Assembly: GCA_964596735.1 (NCBI GenBank) | Contig: CAZQVF010000007.1 | Location: 5,772-69,771 of the forward strand | Reading direction: 5' to 3' | Length of the DNA stretch: 64,000 bases | Source of the DNA: an uncultured Gammaproteobacteria bacterium | GTDB lineage: Bacteria; Patescibacteriota; Patescibacteriia; UBA2591; UBA6264 | In this document: one piece after another, positions 62,355 through 64,000 of the stretch | How positions within the stretch are numbered: position 1 is the first letter of the stretch | Layout: each line of letters begins with the position of its first letter | The notes under the pieces: model-generated | Database searches by the model: none | Told to the model about the DNA's origin: nothing | What the model saw: the letters and a program-made list of their open reading frames with translations, nothing else | Position numbers and translations under genes: made by a program

Positions 62355-63670
62355 ACTACTCTACACCTGAGGGCGCAAGAGCTTCCTGCTTCACAGTCGA
62401 GAGCAACCTCTCAACTCCACAGGCGTTACTTCCCGTAGTTCCTACGGTAGTTAATGCTAATTGAAGAATATTTCTAGCGGCGTTAATATCTCTGTCTATT
62501 GTTAAGCCACAGTGAGGACATTTGTGAATTCTTACGGCTAAAGATTTAGGAACAATCTTTCCGCAACTAGAGCATATTTGAGATGTATTCTGAGGATTAA
62601 CTCCTATTGCATACAGACTAGCTTCTTCCGCTTTGTATGTAAGCATTTGGAGAAATTTACCCCAGGAGGCATCGGCGATTGACTTGGCTAAATATCTGTT
62701 TTTAACCATGCCCTTGATAATCAATTTTTCAAAGGCAATCAATTGAAAGTTATTTACAAAAGATCTGCTTAATTTGTGTAAGAAATCTGTTCTTTGATTG
62801 TTAATTTTTTCGTGGCATTCAGCTACCTTTAATCTTGATTTGGCCCTATTTTTGCTTCTTAGTTTCTTTTTAGAATGTTTTCTCTGAATCTGGGCTAGTT
62901 TCTGCTCTGATTCTCTGAGATATCTAGGATTATGTATTTTTTCTTCTTGAGAAGTAGTTAAGAAACTATTCAACCCTACATCAATCCCAATCATATTTTC
63001 ATGTTTGATACTTTTGACTCCTGTCTTAATTGGCAGTTCTTGCTTGATCTCAACTGCAAAACAAGCATACCATTTATTAGTTGAAGTTCTTCTAATTGTT
63101 AATGTTTTAATGTTTCCTTTGATTTCTCTGTGAAGTATGATTTTCAAAGAGCCTATTTTTGAAAGCTTCACGCTATTGTTTTTTAATTCAAACCCTGATT
63201 GAGGGTAAACAAGACTATCATATCTATTTTTTCCTTTAAATCGAGGATAGCCTGGTTTTTGTTTCTTTCCGTTCTTGTTTTCTAAAATTCTTCTAAAGAA
63301 ATTCTGAAAAGATTTGTCCAATCGTCTGGGCACATCTTGGAGAACCTGAGAATATATCTGTCCTAATTCTGGTTTTTCGTTTTTAAGCTCTGGTATTTGT
63401 TTTATCTGGTCATAGCAAGAAACTTTTGTTTTATCCTTTTCATAAAGATTCCTTCTTTGTTCAAGAAAATAATTGTAAAGCCAGCGACAGGAACAAAGAG
63501 CTTTTTCTAAAATCTCCTGTTGGGTTTTGGTTGGATAGAGTCTGTATTTATAGGTTCGTTTTAGCATATTTTTGTCTTCATATTTATGTCTTTATTATAT
63601 ACTATCTTACGAAAAATGAGAGCTTTCATCTCGCCCCCTAAAGGGGGTAAGTTTTCTCGCTCGCGGGTCT
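62351..63670 (-). mobile_element. IS200/IS605-family element carrying only tnpB (IS1341-like)
   Basis: Left end after TTTAT on the minus strand with subterminal hairpin CCCCCTTTAGGGGG; right end ...GAGTAGTTCAC; no target duplication. Confidence 0.85.
62356..63567 (-). CDS. tnpB: RNA-guided endonuclease TnpB
   Basis: TYKYRLYPT HTH, PRFK, RuvC GIDVG / FEKL / DRDINAARNI, Zn ribbon CSSC..CPHC. Confidence 0.95.
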   Translation of the reverse strand: MLKRTYKYRLYPTKTQQEILEKALCSCRWLYNYFLEQRRNLYEKDKTKVSCYDQIKQIPELKNEKPELGQIYSQVLQDVPRRLDKSFQNFFRRILENKNGKKQKPGYPRFKGKNRYDSLVYPQSGFELKNNSVKLSKIGSLKIILHREIKGNIKTLTIRRTSTNKWYACFAVEIKQELPIKTGVKSIKHENMIGIDVGLNSFLTTSQEEKIHNPRYLRESEQKLAQIQRKHSKKKLRSKNRAKSRLKVAECHEKINNQRTDFLHKLSRSFVNNFQLIAFEKLIIKGMVKNRYLAKSIADASWGKFLQMLTYKAEEASLYAIGVNPQNTSQICSSCGKIVPKSLAVRIHKCPHCGLTIDRDINAARNILQLALTTVGTTGSNACGVERLLSTVKQEALAPSGVE

Positions 63671-64000
63671 ATAAACAAAATCAAGGTATTTCTTTAATCT
63701 TAACCCTGTTAATTATTAGTTCTGTTTTAACCGGAACAATTTTGGTGGCTGATATTACTATTCGCCATAGTCAAATTATTCATGGGGCTGAAATTTCTGA
63801 AAAAGCCTATTTTGCTGCAGAAACAGGAATTCAAAAGGCGGCTTATCAGGCAATGAAGAATTATACAGATATTTCAACCTATAGTTTAGATGACAGCTTT
63901 GGCGATGGTTCAACTTATACAGCGACAATTAGTGCTGATACAGAGTGCCCCAACCCTCCTACAGAATGTAGTGCCCTGCCCATTTCAGCAACCAATCCAT
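63616..64000 (+). CDS. PilX-like minor pilin, 3'-truncated by the window edge
   Basis: Open frame from ATG 63616: MRAFISPPKGGKFSRSRVYKQNQG|ISLILTLLIISSVL...AYFAAETGIQKA. Confidence 0.75.
   Translation, partial: MRAFISPPKGGKFSRSRVYKQNQGISLILTLLIISSVLTGTILVADITIRHSQIIHGAEISEKAYFAAETGIQKAAYQAMKNYTDISTYSLDDSFGDGSTYTATISADTECPNPPTECSALPISATNP

Noticed and set aside
63426-63641. 71-aa ORF as a possible tnpA
   Set aside because: Antisense to tnpB, no HUH/Y1 motif, too short

Overview
A 64-kb, AT-rich chromosomal segment using genetic code 11 (TGA is a stop). It most likely comes from a Patescibacteria/CPR (Parcubacteria-like) bacterium. That is inferred from a 23S-5S unit with no adjacent 16S, a tRNA-Ile(UAU), LAGLIDADG-like ORFs abutting tRNAs, a large type IV pilus locus and minimal metabolism. 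Contents: 11 tRNA genes; 23S+5S rRNA; housekeeping genes (gdhA, thiI, iscS/iscU, tig, nusA, ruvB, rpmA, pth, der, ftsW, murA, mraY); a MacAB-like ABC exporter; surface-glycan genes; a pilin locus with an embedded glycosylation/methylation/B12-radical-SAM block; and an intact-looking TnpB-only IS200/IS605 element. Most notable observations: (1) two tRNA-anchored cargo islands that each start at a related 29-bp recombination-like site, one carrying a full integron attC, with no integrase in the window; (2) a leader-peptide/antiterminator/terminator arrangement directly upstream of the 23S gene; (3) a peptidoglycan cluster (MurA, Mpl, MraY, DUF1611, ATP-grasp, PLP enzyme, NlpC/P60-like) containing an unannotated 56-aa LysW-like zinc-ribbon gene; (4) two highly structured 5' leader RNAs; (5) an IS insertion that rebuilds one pilin gene's stop codon and supplies the next gene's start codon; (6) a ~70-bp dispersed intergenic repeat and many leaderless-type promoters. 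All calls come from reading the sequence; no database search or folding program was run.
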